A DNA stretch of 64,000 nucleotides from Gemmatimonadota bacterium. Lineage in GTDB: Bacteria > JAAXHH01. The notes beneath the pieces are model-generated. The model was not told the DNA's origin and ran no database searches. It was given only the letters and a program-made list of their open reading frames with translations. The stretch covers positions 17,884-81,883 of the forward strand of contig JAPPBT010000046.1 of assembly GCA_026702745.1 (NCBI GenBank), read 5' to 3'. Below, in pieces: positions 47,785 through 57,371 of the stretch. Position 1 is the stretch's first letter; the number at the start of each line of letters is the position of its first letter. A program made the position numbers and the translations under genes.

Positions 47785-48519
47785 ATGGCCGCGCGGTCCC
47801 CGCAGGAGACGCTGGAGGCGCTGAAACGGTTCGACACTCCCACGATCACCAACGTGGTGGCCACCTATCCCACCCATCCCCTCTGCCTCGGCCTCTACAA
47901 CCCGTGGGAGGTAAACTGGTACACGGACCAGTCCATTAAGTGCATGTATCCCGAACTCGGTCGGACCGTGGGTTACGCCGTCACCTGCGTCTTCGGCCTG
48001 CCCGAGCCGGGTTTCAAGAACCTCTCCTTCATCGATGTCATCGATGCCCTTGACGCATCTCCCGGACCGACGATTCTGGTTATCCGGCAGAATTTCCCCG
48101 CGGAGATCGCCGGAAAAGTGGGATTGGCGGGCGGGAACATGACGGCGGCCGTCAAGGCCGTGGGTTGCGTCGGCGTGGTCTCCAACGGACCGTCACGTGA
48201 CATACACGAGATCCGGCCGATGGAGGTCCAGTACCTCCTCAGCGGCGTCACACCGGGTCACGGGGACCAGGCCGTGCACGCGGTGAACGTGCCCGTATCC
48301 GTGGGCGGCATGGACGTGGCGCCGGGCGAGATCATCCACATGGACGAGAACGGCGCGTGCAAGTTTCCCGCTAACAGGATGGACGCGGTGCTCGAGAATG
48401 CCACGGCGCTCGCGGAAGAGGAAGAAAAACGCATCGATGCCTTCGAACGCGCCCGGTCCGCAGATGACATCAAGGCGATCCTTGGCGGACACAGCTACGG
48501 CAAGAAAGAAGACGAATAG
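47785..48519 (+). CDS. RraA-family protein (RNase E inhibitor A / 4-hydroxy-4-methyl-2-oxoglutarate aldolase-like)
   Basis: AVKAVGCVGVVSNGPSRDIHEI matches the G..G.V.DG..RD motif of the family. GGAAGGAG ribosome-binding site. First gene of the operon. Confidence 0.6.
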   Translation: MAARSPQETLEALKRFDTPTITNVVATYPTHPLCLGLYNPWEVNWYTDQSIKCMYPELGRTVGYAVTCVFGLPEPGFKNLSFIDVIDALDASPGPTILVIRQNFPAEIAGKVGLAGGNMTAAVKAVGCVGVVSNGPSRDIHEIRPMEVQYLLSGVTPGHGDQAVHAVNVPVSVGGMDVAPGEIIHMDENGACKFPANRMDAVLENATALAEEEEKRIDAFERARSADDIKAILGGHSYGKKEDE

Positions 48520-48533
48520 AAAGTTGACCAAAA

Positions 48534-50015
48534 ATGAAATGCGTATTTATCGTCCTTGATACCGTCCGCCGGGATTACCTTTCGACTTACGGCAACGACT
48601 GGGTGCATACGCCCGCCCTGGACCGCCTGGCCGAACGAGGCGTCGTTTTCGACAATCACTGGGTGGGTTCGCTGCCCTGCATGCCCGCGCGGCGGGAGTT
48701 CATGACCGGGCGGTACAACTTCATCTACCGGGGATGGGGACCCATCGAACCTTACGACGATACGCTGCCGGGCGAGTTGCGGAAGAACGACGTCTTCACC
48801 CACCTTCTGACCGATCATTACCACTACTTCGAACTCGGCGGCGAGAACTACCACACGGCGTTCAACACCTGGGATTTCTATCGCGGCCAGGAAAACGACT
48901 GGTGGGCGTCCCACGTAGACCGCATGGCCCTGCCCGACCACCTGGGGCAACTCAGCCTGCAGAATTTCGGCAACCGCAAGCTGCAGCAGCGCGAGGAGGA
49001 CTTCTCCGGTCCGAAGACCGCACAGGCGGCCATAGAGTGGCTGAAGACGAACCGGGCGTCCGACGACTGGTTCCTGCAGGTCGAGATCTTCGATCCCCAC
49101 GAGCCCTTCTATTGCACCGAGAAGTACCGGGCCTTGTACGGCGACGATTACGACGGACCGTTCTACGACTGGCCCAGTTACGACGAGGTCCATGAATCCC
49201 CTGAGGCGGTCGAACACATCCGGAAGTGCTACGCCGGACTGCTCACGATGACGGACCACTGGGTGGGCAGGATATTCGACACGCTCGACGACCTGGGACT
49301 ATGGGACGATACGCTGGTCGTGTTCACCACGGATCACGGGACCATGCTGGCGGAGCATGATTTCTGGATGAAGAACATCATGCCCCTGTACAACGAGATC
49401 GTTAGGATACCGTTGATCGCAAGCCTGCCCGGCAACGAGCGGGCCGGCACGCGCACCGGAGCGCTCACGCAGACCATCGACCTGATGCCGACCTTTCTCG
49501 ACTACTTCGATACTTCACTGCCGCCTTACGTCCAGGGACGGTCCCTGCGCAAGGCGCTGGACGGCGACGGTCTACGGGCGGACGGCATCTTCGGTTACTT
49601 CGGGATGGCCATGAACTTAACGGACGGGAGGTACGTCTACATGCGCAACCCGGTCAACGAGGACGCGGGCCCGCTGTACGCGTACACGGCCATGCCCACG
49701 GGCGGTTTGAACCGCTGGTATCCCAGGGAGGTGTACGACCGGGTCGAGACGGGCCGGTACTTCGGCCACACCTATAACCTCCCATTGTACAAGATCCCCA
49801 CCGAAGGCAAGGTGCCACGACATCACCCCGACGAGGCGTCCCACGCGGGGAGGAACCAGCTGTTCGACGTCGCGGCGGACCCGGCGCAGCAGCACCCCAT
49901 CGAAGATCCGACGCTGGAAGCCCGGTTCACAGAACGGATCGCCCGGCATCTGGAAGCCTGCGAGGCCATGCCGGAACAGTTCACCCGCCTGGGCATCGAC
50001 CCGCCCGGAGTGTAG
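48534..50015 (+). CDS. Sulfatase (Cys-type; requires formylglycine maturation)
   Basis: SLPCMPARREFMTGR is the C-x-P-x-R signature. 493 aa, alkaline-phosphatase-superfamily pattern. Confidence 0.8.
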   Translation: MKCVFIVLDTVRRDYLSTYGNDWVHTPALDRLAERGVVFDNHWVGSLPCMPARREFMTGRYNFIYRGWGPIEPYDDTLPGELRKNDVFTHLLTDHYHYFELGGENYHTAFNTWDFYRGQENDWWASHVDRMALPDHLGQLSLQNFGNRKLQQREEDFSGPKTAQAAIEWLKTNRASDDWFLQVEIFDPHEPFYCTEKYRALYGDDYDGPFYDWPSYDEVHESPEAVEHIRKCYAGLLTMTDHWVGRIFDTLDDLGLWDDTLVVFTTDHGTMLAEHDFWMKNIMPLYNEIVRIPLIASLPGNERAGTRTGALTQTIDLMPTFLDYFDTSLPPYVQGRSLRKALDGDGLRADGIFGYFGMAMNLTDGRYVYMRNPVNEDAGPLYAYTAMPTGGLNRWYPREVYDRVETGRYFGHTYNLPLYKIPTEGKVPRHHPDEASHAGRNQLFDVAADPAQQHPIEDPTLEARFTERIARHLEACEAMPEQFTRLGIDPPGV

Positions 50016-50084
50016 GCAGACGAACCATCCGCCCGGAGCGTAGGCCGACGTAACCATACGCCCTGAGCTTAGGATGCCAAGATC

Positions 50085-51881
50085 ATGAACCAAACTCGAC
50101 TCCTGCGACGATTCCCGGCGACGCTCCTGCTCGCCTTCGCGCTGATGTTCGTGAACTGCGGCGGTCAACCGGCGCCGGAAGATCCCGATGAAAGCGCTCC
50201 CGAGCTGTTCTTTGGCCAGACCGCTGAAATGAAGGAGGCAGCCCACGCCGCGCTGATGGAGCGCCTGCCCGACGACGCCGCGCCCCTTGAATACCAGGTG
50301 TTCCGGTACATGGCCGCGGAACCCAAGAGCATGGACCAGGGCGTTTCGATCTACGTGGCGGGCGGGAGCGAATTCCACTTCGAGCGGCTCGTCATGTTCG
50401 GACTGAACGGGGAACTCATCCCCGGCGCGGCGCAGTCGTGGGAACCCTCCGAGGACGGCAAGACCTGGACCTTTCACCTGCGCCGGGACGGCCGATGGAG
50501 TGACGGCCGGCCCGTCACGGCCCAAGATTTCGAATTCACCTTCAAGCGTTTTCTCCATCCCAACGCGGGCAACGTCTACGCTTTTCTCTATTACGACATC
50601 AAAGGCGCAAAGGCCTACAACCAGCGGGAAACGGACGACGTAGACACCGTGGGCGTTACGGCCCTGGACGACTACACCCTGGTCATCGAGACGGAGCAGT
50701 CCTGCGCATTCCTGCCCCATATCACCGCTTACCTCACCTCCGCACCCGTCCCGCCCTGGCAGGTGGAGAAGTACGGGGACCAGTGGGCCCTCGCCGGCAC
50801 CTGCCTGACCAACGGACCCTTCCAGCTCGAGACGTGGAAGACGGGCCAGTACATGACTTTCGGCCTGAACCCTCATTACACCGGGTCCAATCCCGGGCAT
50901 CTCCGACAGATCGTGCGCATATTCAACGCCATGGTCGGCTCGGTGAGCGCGGCGAACGACATGGGACTGCTGCCTTACGAGAACGACGAAATCGACGTAA
51001 TCGACATAAGCCCCATGGTCTACGGCGGCCTGCGCGACGACCCGGAGTGGAACGAACGGGCGTGGTCCTACGACCAGTTTACGACGGTTTATCTGTTCTT
51101 CCGGACGCGCCAGCCCCCCTTCGACAACCTCAAGGTCCGCCAGGCCTTCGCCCACGCCATCGACCAGGTGTCGCTGAACGAAACGATTCTGCAGGATATG
51201 ATGATCCCGGCCTATACCATGCTGCCGCTCCATTTCCCCGGTTATGTGGGAGACAAGTACCGGGACCACCAGCGGTTCGACGCGGATCTCGCCCGGCAGC
51301 TGCTTGCCGAAGCCGGCTATCCGGACGGCAGGGGGTTCCCGCGGATGGATATCTGGCTCGCCGACGCCACGCCCGCTTCCGCCATCAGCCAGGTAGCCCA
51401 GGCGATCCAGGAGATGCTCAAGGAGAATCTGAACATCCAGATCGATATCCGGAATACAGAAGGCGCGGCGTACAGGTCGGCCATGTACAACTGGGAGTTT
51501 CCCATGAGCATCATCGGGTTCAACTACGACTTTCCAGATCCCCACAGCATGCTGGGCATCATCTGGCGGTCCCAGCCCAGAGGCTACACGCGCCACGACT
51601 GGCTGAATCCGGAATTCGACCGGCTGATCGACGCGGCCGCCGGAGAACTGAACCACGAGGCGCGCATGACGATGTACGACGAGGCGGAGGGGATTCTTGC
51701 ATCGGAGGCCGCGGCGGTTTTCCTGTGGCATGTCAAGGCTTACCAGTTGCGCAAGCCCTGGCTGAAGGGGTTCCGGGAAGATCGGTGGGGCAACTTTCCT
51801 AATTACCGGAATGCGAACACGTACTTTGACCTCTACATCGGTGAAGAGGCCGTGGGCAGCGACCGGCGCATAGACTACTGA
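50085..51881 (+). CDS. Periplasmic solute-binding protein, family 5 (paralog 3), inside the sulfatase operon
   Basis: 598 aa with a signal peptide. Paralogous to the ORFs at 6501 and 38670. Confidence 0.8.
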   Translation: MNQTRLLRRFPATLLLAFALMFVNCGGQPAPEDPDESAPELFFGQTAEMKEAAHAALMERLPDDAAPLEYQVFRYMAAEPKSMDQGVSIYVAGGSEFHFERLVMFGLNGELIPGAAQSWEPSEDGKTWTFHLRRDGRWSDGRPVTAQDFEFTFKRFLHPNAGNVYAFLYYDIKGAKAYNQRETDDVDTVGVTALDDYTLVIETEQSCAFLPHITAYLTSAPVPPWQVEKYGDQWALAGTCLTNGPFQLETWKTGQYMTFGLNPHYTGSNPGHLRQIVRIFNAMVGSVSAANDMGLLPYENDEIDVIDISPMVYGGLRDDPEWNERAWSYDQFTTVYLFFRTRQPPFDNLKVRQAFAHAIDQVSLNETILQDMMIPAYTMLPLHFPGYVGDKYRDHQRFDADLARQLLAEAGYPDGRGFPRMDIWLADATPASAISQVAQAIQEMLKENLNIQIDIRNTEGAAYRSAMYNWEFPMSIIGFNYDFPDPHSMLGIIWRSQPRGYTRHDWLNPEFDRLIDAAAGELNHEARMTMYDEAEGILASEAAAVFLWHVKAYQLRKPWLKGFREDRWGNFPNYRNANTYFDLYIGEEAVGSDRRIDY

Positions 51882-51954
51882 GACATCCGGGCGATATGCA
51901 CGCTTTGACCGGCGCATAGATTACTGAAGCGTCCGGGCGATATGCACGCTTTGA
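51863..51954. repeat. 46-bp tandem duplication (2 copies) spanning the last codons and stop of the SBP gene and the start region of the downstream dioxygenase gene
   Basis: Unit CCGGCGCATAGA(C/T)TACTGA....TCCGGGCGATATGCACGCTTTGA at 51863-51908 and 51909-51954. It duplicates the DRRIDY* tail and the ATG context. Confidence 0.6.
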
Positions 51955-52799
51955 CTGAAGGATCGATTACTGACATGGATAACGGACACCAGTACACCGC
52001 GATGACCGACGCGCAGCGGGAACACATCGACCAGTACGGCTACCTGGTCATTGAAGACGCGCTGCCTCCCGCCGTCGTTACCGAACTGAACGGGGCCATC
52101 GACGAAGTGTACGACCAGGCCCGGAAGGAAGGCACGCTTGGGAAAGGCGGCGATCTGAACCAGCGAAACTGCATTGTGGCCCACGACGCCTTCCTGCAAC
52201 TGCTGGACTGGCCGTCGACCATTCCCCTGGCCTGGGGCGCGCTCAGCTGGAATATCCAGATGATCACCTCCCACCTCATCGTACTGCCATCGGGACCGGA
52301 ACCTACCGAGGAGGCCAAGCGCGGACACGGCATGCACCGTGACGGCGGCCGGTCATTCGTGGAAATGCAGGAACCCCATCCCCGCATCCTGCTGAAGATC
52401 GCCTACGTGCTCAGTGACCAGACGGATCCTTCATCGGGGGCCACTTCCCTGGTGCCCGGCAGCAACCGGATTACAGGGGAGCCGCCCAGGGACCCGGACA
52501 CGGGATGGCCCTACGGCGCCATCCAGATGAACCTGCCCGCCGGCAGCGCCTTCCTGTTCGAGCAGCGCACATTCCACAGTATCGGACACAACTGGAGCGG
52601 CCACGACCGCCGAACCATCTTCATGGGCTACGCGTACCGCTGGGTCAAGCCCATGGATTATATCCAGATGCCGAAGTCCCTCGTGGACCGCTGCTCGCCA
52701 TTGCAGAAACAACTAATCGGCGAAGTGGGAGACGCCCTCAGTTACTACCTGCCGGAAGACGAGGATGTCCCGCTGAAGGCGTTCCTCGCCGGGAAATGA
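51942..52799 (+). CDS. PhyH-family Fe(II)/2-oxoglutarate-dependent dioxygenase (paralog of 41702). Alternative ATG at 51975.
   Basis: GMHRDGG and a later His are present, with a double-stranded beta-helix pattern. 285 aa. Confidence 0.65.
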   Translation: MHALTEGSITDMDNGHQYTAMTDAQREHIDQYGYLVIEDALPPAVVTELNGAIDEVYDQARKEGTLGKGGDLNQRNCIVAHDAFLQLLDWPSTIPLAWGALSWNIQMITSHLIVLPSGPEPTEEAKRGHGMHRDGGRSFVEMQEPHPRILLKIAYVLSDQTDPSSGATSLVPGSNRITGEPPRDPDTGWPYGAIQMNLPAGSAFLFEQRTFHSIGHNWSGHDRRTIFMGYAYRWVKPMDYIQMPKSLVDRCSPLQKQLIGEVGDALSYYLPEDEDVPLKAFLAGK

Positions 52800-52808
52800 T
52801 ACCCGCCC

Positions 52809-54158
52809 ATGGCCAATGTCCTCCTGCTCATCTCCGACGAGCACAACCCTTTCTATTCCTCGGTCTACGGCCATCCTTTTGTTCAGACGCCAGCCATGGA
52901 CCGTCTCGCGGAAAACGGGGTCGTCTACGATAGCGCCTACTGCCCGTCGCCGCTGTGCACACCCAGCCGGTCCGCCTTCATGTCGGGGCGCAGGGTGCAC
53001 GAGATCCAGGCCTATTCCAACTGCATCCTAGGTGTCGAACCGGACATACCCACCTACGGAGGCGCCTTGTCGGAAGAGGGCATATGCTCCGTGCATGTGG
53101 GCAAGACGCACGTCTTCGCGCCGAGCGGTGATTTGGGTTTCAGCGAGGTGCGCCTCGGCGGAAGGGAACGAGGCGCCGGCGATCCGGAAATCGGTCGACG
53201 GCCCTTCCGGATCAGGCGGGACGCCGCGGGACGGGCCGCCCAGTTCGGGGTAAAGGAGTCCCATCTCCGACTCGACCTGGATCGCGTCGACGCGGCCGTG
53301 GATTGGCTGACGCACGCCGCGCCTTCGCTGGAGCGGCCCTGGACGCTCACGGTGAACATCATCCATCCCCATTTCCCCCACTACACCTCGCAGGAGCTGT
53401 GGGATCTCTATCCCCAGGGCGGCGATCTGCCGGAATATGGTTCCGAAGAGGAAACGGCCGGCCATCCCCGGGCCCGAGAAGTGCGCGAACATTTCCAGGC
53501 GGACCGGTTCACCGAGGCCCAGGTGCGGGGCCAGCGCCGAGGATACCTCGCGTGCGTGACCTTCGTGGACCGGCAACTTGCGCGCCTGGTCGAAGCGCTG
53601 CAGGCAGCGGGCCTCTACGACGATACCAATATCATCTACACGTCGGACCACGGGGAAATGCTCGGGAAGTTCGGCATGTGGTGGAAATGCTCCCTCTACG
53701 AAGACGCGAGCCGCATCCCCTGCATCGCGGCGGGACCCGACTTTGAAGCCGGGTTGCGGGTTTCGACGCCCGTGGACCTCCACGACGTCCAGGCGAGTCT
53801 ATTCGCATCGACAGGCGCCGAACGGCCGACAGACTGGGTGGGCCGTCCCCTGCAGCATGTGGCCTCGGCCGATGACCGGCGCGTCGTGTTCTCGGAATAC
53901 CATGGCCACGGGGCGAGACACAGCGCCTACATGATCCGTAGAGGAAAGTGGAAATACATCCATCATGTCGATGCGCCCCACCAATTGTTCGATCTGGATA
54001 GAGATCCCGATGAGCTTCAGAACCTGCATGAAGCCCATCCGGCGGTCGCTGCCGACCTGGAAAGGGAACTCCGTTCTATCTGCGATCCCGAGGCGGAGGA
54101 TGATCGCGCGGACCGGTTCATCGAGGCGCAGCTCGAGTCCATGGCATCCGACGACTGA
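52809..54158 (+). CDS. Sulfatase (Cys-type)
   Basis: SPLCTPSRSAFMSGR is the canonical C-T-P-S-R signature. 449 aa. Confidence 0.8.
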   Translation: MANVLLLISDEHNPFYSSVYGHPFVQTPAMDRLAENGVVYDSAYCPSPLCTPSRSAFMSGRRVHEIQAYSNCILGVEPDIPTYGGALSEEGICSVHVGKTHVFAPSGDLGFSEVRLGGRERGAGDPEIGRRPFRIRRDAAGRAAQFGVKESHLRLDLDRVDAAVDWLTHAAPSLERPWTLTVNIIHPHFPHYTSQELWDLYPQGGDLPEYGSEEETAGHPRAREVREHFQADRFTEAQVRGQRRGYLACVTFVDRQLARLVEALQAAGLYDDTNIIYTSDHGEMLGKFGMWWKCSLYEDASRIPCIAAGPDFEAGLRVSTPVDLHDVQASLFASTGAERPTDWVGRPLQHVASADDRRVVFSEYHGHGARHSAYMIRRGKWKYIHHVDAPHQLFDLDRDPDELQNLHEAHPAVAADLERELRSICDPEAEDDRADRFIEAQLESMASDD

Positions 54159-54226
54159 ATGACGACCACCAACTGAAAGACGACCAACGACTGAAAGACG
54201 ACCAACGACTGAATGACGACCGCCGA
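54155..54226. repeat. Four tandem copies of an 18-bp repeat (CTGAA[A/T]GACGACCAACGA) between the sulfatase stop and the next gene
   Basis: Copies at 54155, 54173, 54191 and 54209. The first copy begins at the sulfatase stop codon. Confidence 0.6.
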
Positions 54227-54240
54227 CCTACCGGTGACAG

Positions 54241-55641
54241 ATGAGTGAAAATCGACTGCTGGGCATCACCGTTCTGGCGGATTTCATCCTGAACGAAGGG
54301 GTGGAGGCCGTGCTGGACAACCTGGTGGACCGGGCGGGCGCCACGGCCGTGGCGGTGAATCCCACGGTGACCGCGCCGTCCGAGGAAGGTGTCGGTTCCT
54401 TCCAGCCGCCCAGCGACGCCGGCAGCAGTCCACGCCTCTTCGACCGGCCGCTCTGGGGCCGGCGTTCGCTCTGGGTCCGGAGCGCACCGAGCTACCGGCC
54501 CCGCCTGTCGTACTATGATGACACCCCGTACGAGCCCCGAGAACCCAACGAACTGACGGACGCCCACGGCGACCTGATCAAACGGTTCATCGACGCGGCG
54601 CTGGGCCGCGGGCTCAAGGTCTATCTGCAACTGAGCGGTGCGACGCCGCCGGGACTGTCGGATGAGGACCGGCCGAGGAGGCCGGACGGGCAGCTGCCGG
54701 ATCGCATGGCCGACACGGGCTGCCTGGCCGGCGAGGCGATCCGGGCTTACATCGACGCCTACGTGCGGGACCTGCTCGAACAGTATCCCCGCGTAACCGG
54801 CTTTCGGCCGGACTGGCCCGAGTACCCCTGTTACAAGCTGGACGAGGCCTTCCAGGATTTCAATCCCCAGGTGGCGCGGTGGGCCTCGGCCAACGGGTTC
54901 GACTTCGAAGTCATCCACCGGGACGTGCTTGCGGCCTACGAATACCTGCACGGAAGGCTCGAAAACCGGGACCTGCTCGACTTCAGCGGACCCGGCCGGG
55001 GCGCGGCGACGCTGGCCGCCGTCTTCCGGTCCTTTCCCGGCATCGTGGAATGGCTGCGCCTGAAATCAGCCCTGTCAGGCGACCTGCTCCGGCACTGGAG
55101 ATCGGTCATCACGACGCACGGTGGTCCGGGAATGGAGCTTTCGGCCAACGCCTTCATGACGCCCCTCACCCTGTGGACCGGCTTCGATTTCCGCAAGGCG
55201 CCGGAGATCTGCGACGCGGTTTCCCCCAAGCTGTATACTATGCACTGGTCGGTCATGGTGGAATTCTGGGGTCGGGTGCTGCTGGAGCACAATCCCGGCC
55301 TGGACGAATGGCTCCTGGTGCGGTCGCTCGCCCATCTCTTCGACCTCGGAGACGAAATCACGGCCACCCGGATCGACGATTACGGGTATCCCGGTCCCGA
55401 CGAGCCCCATCCTATCCCCGATGACGCCCAGCGGCGGCGCATCGAGCAGGTCTGCGCGGAGGTGAACGGGCGCGCGCTCGTCACGCCGCTCATGCACGGT
55501 TACGGCCCCCTGCATGATTTCGCCCGCCGTTTCCGGGTCGTAGCGGAAAGTCCGGCCGACGGCGTGTGGATCAACCGGTACGGGTACTTGAGCGACGACA
55601 AGCTGGACGCGGTGGGGCGCATCTGGCGGCAGGCCCGATGA
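54241..55641 (+). CDS. Uncharacterised protein, 466 aa, possibly with a TIM-barrel hydrolase-like fold; embedded in the sulfatase operon
   Basis: No confident family. Segments such as LKVYLQLSG...RPDWPEYP...YTMHWSV suggest a (beta-alpha) barrel, but this is not verified. Confidence 0.5.
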   Translation: MSENRLLGITVLADFILNEGVEAVLDNLVDRAGATAVAVNPTVTAPSEEGVGSFQPPSDAGSSPRLFDRPLWGRRSLWVRSAPSYRPRLSYYDDTPYEPREPNELTDAHGDLIKRFIDAALGRGLKVYLQLSGATPPGLSDEDRPRRPDGQLPDRMADTGCLAGEAIRAYIDAYVRDLLEQYPRVTGFRPDWPEYPCYKLDEAFQDFNPQVARWASANGFDFEVIHRDVLAAYEYLHGRLENRDLLDFSGPGRGAATLAAVFRSFPGIVEWLRLKSALSGDLLRHWRSVITTHGGPGMELSANAFMTPLTLWTGFDFRKAPEICDAVSPKLYTMHWSVMVEFWGRVLLEHNPGLDEWLLVRSLAHLFDLGDEITATRIDDYGYPGPDEPHPIPDDAQRRRIEQVCAEVNGRALVTPLMHGYGPLHDFARRFRVVAESPADGVWINRYGYLSDDKLDAVGRIWRQAR

Positions 55642-55708
55642 GCGCCCGCATTTCCGAACGCATTTATCGTGCAGTCGGCCGACGCCGCCGACGCCAAGAG
55701 GAAACCCG

Positions 55709-57235
55709 ATGACCCGTCCCAACATCCTCTTCATCATGACAGACCAGCAGCGTTTCGATACGATCGCCGCGCTGGGCAATGAGCATATTTACACCCCCAA
55801 CATGGACCGTCTCGTACGGCGCGGCGTGTCGTTTACCCAGGGCTATTCGACCTGTCCCGTCTGTGTGGCGGCGCGGACGACCATCCGTACGGGAAGCGAT
55901 CCGCCCACTACCCGCGTATTCAGCAACGGCCGGTCCGCGCCCGTACCCGGCCAGGCCGATACGCTCGAGGGCAGGTGCGGAGACTATCTCGCCCGCACCC
56001 TGTCGGCAGCGGGATACCGGACCTTCGGCGTGGGGAAGTTCCACACCTTCCCGTGGGACGAGGACGTGGGTTATGCGTCCCAGCTCCACAGCGAGGAACT
56101 CTACGGCAGTGAGGAACAACGGCGCGGAGACGCCTACGCGGGCTGGATCGCCCGCGAGCATCCGGATTTCGACTATATCGAGGCGCTCATGGGAGAGCGA
56201 ACCGAAATGTACTACATGCCACAGGTGAGCCCGCTGCCCGCCCACCTGACCGTGGAATCCTGGGCCGCCGACCGCGCGATCGACGCGTTGCGCGCGTCCG
56301 ACGACCGGCCCTTCTTCGGTTTCGTGTCCCTCATCGGTCCCCATCCGCCCTTCGCGCCGCCCGTGCCCTTCAACCGGATCTACGACCCCGACCGCATGCC
56401 GGGTCCGGTCCGCGGCGATCTTTCGGTGGACCACCTGGACGAGCAGATTCCCTTCATGAACCGGATTATCTGGGCAGATGAAATCAACGACGCGCAGACC
56501 CGTGTCCTGAAGGCCCGGTATTACGGAGAAATCACCTACATCGACGATTGCCTGGGCCGGATCCTGGACACCGTCGAAGCCCGCGAGGACGCCGGCAACA
56601 CGCTCATCTGCTTCTTCTCCGATCACGGCGACCATCTCGGGGATCATACTGCGTGGCAGAAGGAGAGTTTCTTCGACGTCTCCGCCCGCGTCCCCTTCCT
56701 CGTAAGCTGGCCCGACCGCCTTCCGCGGGACGTTTTAAGGCACGACCTCGTCTGCCTGACCGACCTCTTCGCCATCGCCACCCACGCTGCAGGACGGACC
56801 CAGGTGCGCGACGGGGTGGATGTGCTCGGCGTGTTGAAAGGCAGCACCGCGCCCAGGAAAACCCTCTTCGGATATTACGGCGAACCGGGGACGGACCGGT
56901 TCAAAATCATGGTACGAAGCGGCGATTGGAAGTATATTTACCTGGCGAACGGCGGCAGGGAGCAGCTGTTCAACACGGCCGAAGACCCGGCCGAAGTGGC
57001 GAATCGGGTCTCGTCCGACCGGGATGTCGCAGGCGAGTTGTACCGGCGCGGCGTGCAGGCTTGCGGGCATCCGGGCGCTTCAGACGCCCTGGACGGCGAC
57101 CGCCTGCGGTCCTTTCCCTACACGAAGTGGAAGGCCGCGCGCATCTACCAGTTCGATCGGTCGCGGGGCGTGCAGGGGTTTCCTGGTCATCCGCGCGATG
57201 TGCTGAATCCGTGGATCCGGCACGGTCGGCGGTAG
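55709..57235 (+). CDS. Sulfatase (Cys-type; variant signature C-V-A-A-R with Ala in place of Pro)
   Basis: CPVCVAARTTIRTG. 508 aa. AAGAGGAAA ribosome-binding site. Confidence 0.75.
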   Translation: MTRPNILFIMTDQQRFDTIAALGNEHIYTPNMDRLVRRGVSFTQGYSTCPVCVAARTTIRTGSDPPTTRVFSNGRSAPVPGQADTLEGRCGDYLARTLSAAGYRTFGVGKFHTFPWDEDVGYASQLHSEELYGSEEQRRGDAYAGWIAREHPDFDYIEALMGERTEMYYMPQVSPLPAHLTVESWAADRAIDALRASDDRPFFGFVSLIGPHPPFAPPVPFNRIYDPDRMPGPVRGDLSVDHLDEQIPFMNRIIWADEINDAQTRVLKARYYGEITYIDDCLGRILDTVEAREDAGNTLICFFSDHGDHLGDHTAWQKESFFDVSARVPFLVSWPDRLPRDVLRHDLVCLTDLFAIATHAAGRTQVRDGVDVLGVLKGSTAPRKTLFGYYGEPGTDRFKIMVRSGDWKYIYLANGGREQLFNTAEDPAEVANRVSSDRDVAGELYRRGVQACGHPGASDALDGDRLRSFPYTKWKAARIYQFDRSRGVQGFPGHPRDVLNPWIRHGRR

Positions 57236-57371
57236 CCCCGGATTGCCAGTGCGGCCGGCGATAGTTCCGGGTTGCCAGCGCGGCCGGCGATAGCCCCGAT
57301 ATCCTGGAAATCCTGGATGTTTTAATGCTGCAGGTCCGAATCTGCATGAACGAAAAAACCGAGGCAACACC

